Assembly (NCBI GenBank): GCA_965113315.1 | Contig: OZ220378.1 | Reading direction: 5' to 3' (one strand) | Source: Podarcis vaucheri | Taxonomy: Eukaryota | Length of the DNA: 64,000 bases | In this document: positions 50,268 to 64,000 of the stretch, piece after piece | Numbering within the stretch: the first letter of the stretch is position 1 | Layout: each line of letters opens with the position of its first letter | Notes under the pieces: generated by a model | The model's input: the letters and a program-made list of their open reading frames with translations, nothing else | What the model was told of the DNA's origin: nothing | The model's database searches: none | Position numbers and translations under genes: made by a program

Positions 50268-50490
50268 AGAAGAAGAGTTTGGATTTGATATCCCGCCTTT
50301 CACTCCCTTTAAGGAGTCTCAAAGCGGCTCACATTCTCCTTTCCCTTCCTCCCCCACAACAAACGCTCTGTGAGGTGAGTGGGGCTGAGAGACTTCAGAG
50401 AAGTGTGACTGGCCCAAGGTCACCCAGCAGCTGCAGGTGGGGGAGTGGAGACGCAAACCCGGTTCCCCAGATTATGAGATTACCACTCTG
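50268..50490 (-). mobile_element. tRNA-derived SINE with (CTT)n tail (3' fragment of same family at ~29723-29850, +)
   Basis: Two copies share ctcagccccactcacctcacagag...gcgggatatcaaatccaaactcttcttct. Confidence 0.7.
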
Positions 50491-50944
50491 GTGTGAGTTT
50501 TCCTCCAATTTGCATAATACTAGAATCCAGGGTCACAGAGTTCTACAGTGTTAACAACAGATCCATTTAAAGCACACCCAACAAGGTGGATGTACAGGTT
50601 ACAGAGGCCATCCCTCATACGGCTTGCAATTATTAAAACAAAGCAAGTCTTGGTCAAACAGTTAAAATACAGCTGTAAAAAAAGAAAAGAAAAAAGAATT
50701 CCTTGATTCATGTGGGTACAAATAATACTGCCACACACAGCCTGCAGCGCACAGCAAGGGACCGTGAGACCCTGGGCAGGGAGCTGATGGGACTTGGGCC
50801 ACAGGTGGTTTTTTCATCACTCCTTCCTGTTGAAGGTCGTAGCCCAGGAAGAGAGAGGAAAATACTCTGATGTCTTTAAATCATGGAGATTTAATTGAGT
50901 GGGTAGAACTCATACAATTATTTTGTTTGTGTGAGCTCTACCAT

Positions 50945-51018
50945 GAAGGTGTTTCCTGCTTGGCAGGGGGTTGGACTTGATGGCCCTTGTGGTCTCTTCC
51001 AACTCTATGATTCTATGA
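50945..51018 (+). mobile_element. CR1 3'-end fragment
   Basis: Nearly identical to the 3' tail of the 35540 element, ending ATGATTCTATGA. Confidence 0.8.
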
Positions 51019-53515
51019 AGCCAGTGGCTGGTGCCCATTGGGACTGGTAGGGCAGAATATAGGGAGACTGACAGTAGACGGCACCAGAACCAACTCATTT
51101 TGGCCCCTTCATCCCTGATGAGGGCAACACTGAGGAGGAAGTTGACAAGGAGTGACCTCCCCCTGGAGAAAGGAGGCAGGCAGAAGATTGGTGGGCCATT
51201 CACCCTGCTGGACCAGACTCCACTACAGAAAGCACTTTACAGGTTAAGTACTCTGACTTGGGAGGATGATTATTTCACCACACAGAAAACTTCCTGTGCT
51301 TTAAAGATTTTAACGTCTTGTGTATGAACAGTTGTACACTCTTTAGAAAATTAAATAAATATAAATATAAATATAAATATAAATAATTCAGTTGGGACAC
51401 AAGATGGTTTGCGTCTCTCACTTTTTTTATACAAACAATGGAAAACATTTTTTGTTTTGTTTTGAAAAAGGTGATTATATAGAGGTTGTCTTCTAACACA
51501 CACTCTCTACCCCAGTCATGCCACACTCCAAGAGGAACGCTATGTAGTTCTAAGAGGAAGAAGTGTTGCCTTGGCATTGCTAGGAAATCGTGCGCAAGTA
51601 ATGCCACAAACTTAAAAGTGTGAAGAGCTTGGAAGGAAATCTCACTGGAACCGATGTCACAGATCCAAAGCAGCAGCACCCAAGGGCTTGGGCCTGTGTT
51701 AAGTGGCATTCTCTTTCCTTTGAATGACATGTGCATAGGCCATATCACAAATGGGGTTTGAAGTCCTCTTCAACTTCAGAGGGCATTTTCTCTGCAACGT
51801 GCCGTTCTAACAAGCCCAATTCAAAAGCTTCCTTCTTTGGTTCTTTGGATCCCAGCCAGTGCAATGTGCTTTTATTCCTGAGAGCCAGCCAATCCACACA
51901 TTACATAGAATGAAAAGCAGAATTCTGAACTCTCCCACCTGAGCCTGTGGTTGGGATTTCATAGCTCTGAATATTCTCCCATGTAAGAAAAGCTCCCTAA
52001 AATGGGAACTGGGCTCGACTTAAAAAGAAAAGAAAAGCACTCTCTCAAAGGACAGTGATGGCCAAACTCGGCCCTCCAGATGTTTTGGGACTACAACACC
52101 CATCATCCCTAGCTAGCAGGACCTAGTGGTCAGGGATGATGGGAATTGTAGTCCCAAAGCAGTTGGGCCAAGTTGGCCATCACTGTCATAGAGGATAGAG
52201 TTCTCAGTGGCTCCCAGCCACAAGGACTACATGCCACCTACAGGATCAGAGGCAGACTGGCTCCGAAGGCTGGGAATCTCAGGTGGGAAGAGTCCTGCTC
52301 CACTCAGGCCCTGCTGGCCAGTGTCCCAGTGTGGAACCTGGTTGGCCACTGAGAGAACAGGCTGGTGGGATGGATGGGTTACTGGCCTGATCCAACAGGC
52401 TGGTCTCTCTCTTTCTGAATTTCTAGTTCAGTATATAAAAGGAGCAGACATCTTTTGCTTTAGTATGCAGGGAACATTAAAAATGTGCACTCTCCAATAG
52501 TTTGAAGCAGTGAAGTCCAGAATCCTACCACCTTACTCTGCATCATGTGCAGGACAGGCTCTCAGTAAACGTGTTTAGAATTAGCTTACAAGGAAGCCTG
52601 CGTGTTCCTAAACAGGACTAAATGCATATCCAATAAAACACACAAACTATGTATCATAGAATAAGTTTATTTTACCCGAAACCAGGATGGCAGGTGTGAT
52701 GCTTGTCACCATCAGCATTGAATCAGACAATGTTATTTACAACTTCTAACAAAGAAAAAAGGTCACACATGCTGTTTTATGAACTAGGTTCATTATTAGG
52801 CTTTTGTTGTTAAGATAAAATGCACCACAACATGTGTATTGCACCAGTGTGTGTCTACGGCTTTAGATTTAAATAAGTTACATTATTACAGTGCAAAATA
52901 GACCTATCTGCACACTCCAAGATATTTTTTTTTAAGCTGAAGTTATGGAATTGAAGGTTTAACAGTTTCTTAAACGTTCAGCAACAGTACCGTTGTCAAC
53001 GAACCTGTATAAATAGAATTGCATATTGTACAGAGCTGTTTTTAAGTGTTATGTTGAGATACAATAGAGATTATCAGCTACTTACAACTGAAAGCATGCA
53101 TTACAGTCCAATATTGTACATTTTATAAACTATGACATTTTACACAACGAAGTATGGAAAGAAAAAGAAAAAAGATAAAACTTGGCGAATCACCACTCAT
53201 TAATTCTTGCTCAGCAGTTTAGGGAGACTTGTCTTCATGCAACCCCAAAACTTCTTCGCAGAGGTCTGTTTTATCAGTTAAAAACCATATTGCACATTGG
53301 TAGATCTGTATATAAACTGAAGCTTTTTAAGAGCACCACACACTTCCTTCGTGGAACACGAGTTTTCAGTTCTATTTTTTTCTCCCTCCTTAAGGAGAGA
53401 TTTTTATTTTCCCATTTACAAGACTCATGCAGATGTTTTCGGTAGATGCGTTCCTAAAGACGCATGCAAGAAAATTAACCTTACAATTCTGCAAAATTTG
53501 TCTAGGACTAAGTGA

Positions 53516-63829
<10,314 letters not shown>

Positions 63830-64000
63830 TTAATCATGTTAACTGAAGGATTTAATGGATATGTTGTACTTAGGGTTTTCACAGCATGAGAGGAAACTGG
63901 GTTACAACTATTTAAGAGTCAAGTATTCAAATTAGCTGCAATCCTAACAGTTCTTGACGCTATTCGACAACCAAGGCAAGTCCTATGCAGCCTATGGAAA

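Overview
Eukaryotic (vertebrate) genomic DNA, not prokaryotic, so most entries in the ORF track are spurious. Sauria-type SINEs, CR1/L2/RTE LINEs and many MITEs point to a squamate, probably a lacertid lizard (inference). The window holds the conserved block GPN3 (last 6 exons, +), ARPC3 (complete, 7 coding exons, 178 aa, +), ANAPC7 (complete, 11 exons, 565 aa, +, with one GC-AG intron) and ATP2A2/SERCA2 (3' exons, -, both 2a and 2b C-termini). The ~18 kb between ANAPC7 and ATP2A2 contains a near full-length L2 LINE and a CR1 fragment. It also contains something the ORF track misses: spliceable + strand exons (47.5-49.2 kb) encoding a degenerate PH domain of an ARHGEF11/12/1-type RhoGEF, apparently an intron-containing gene relic. 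Other oddities are SERCA2 tails reading MFLS/AKLE instead of the mammalian MFWS/AILE, and a SINE flanked by an ~89-bp direct duplication. All homology calls are from my recall of the proteins; no search was run.
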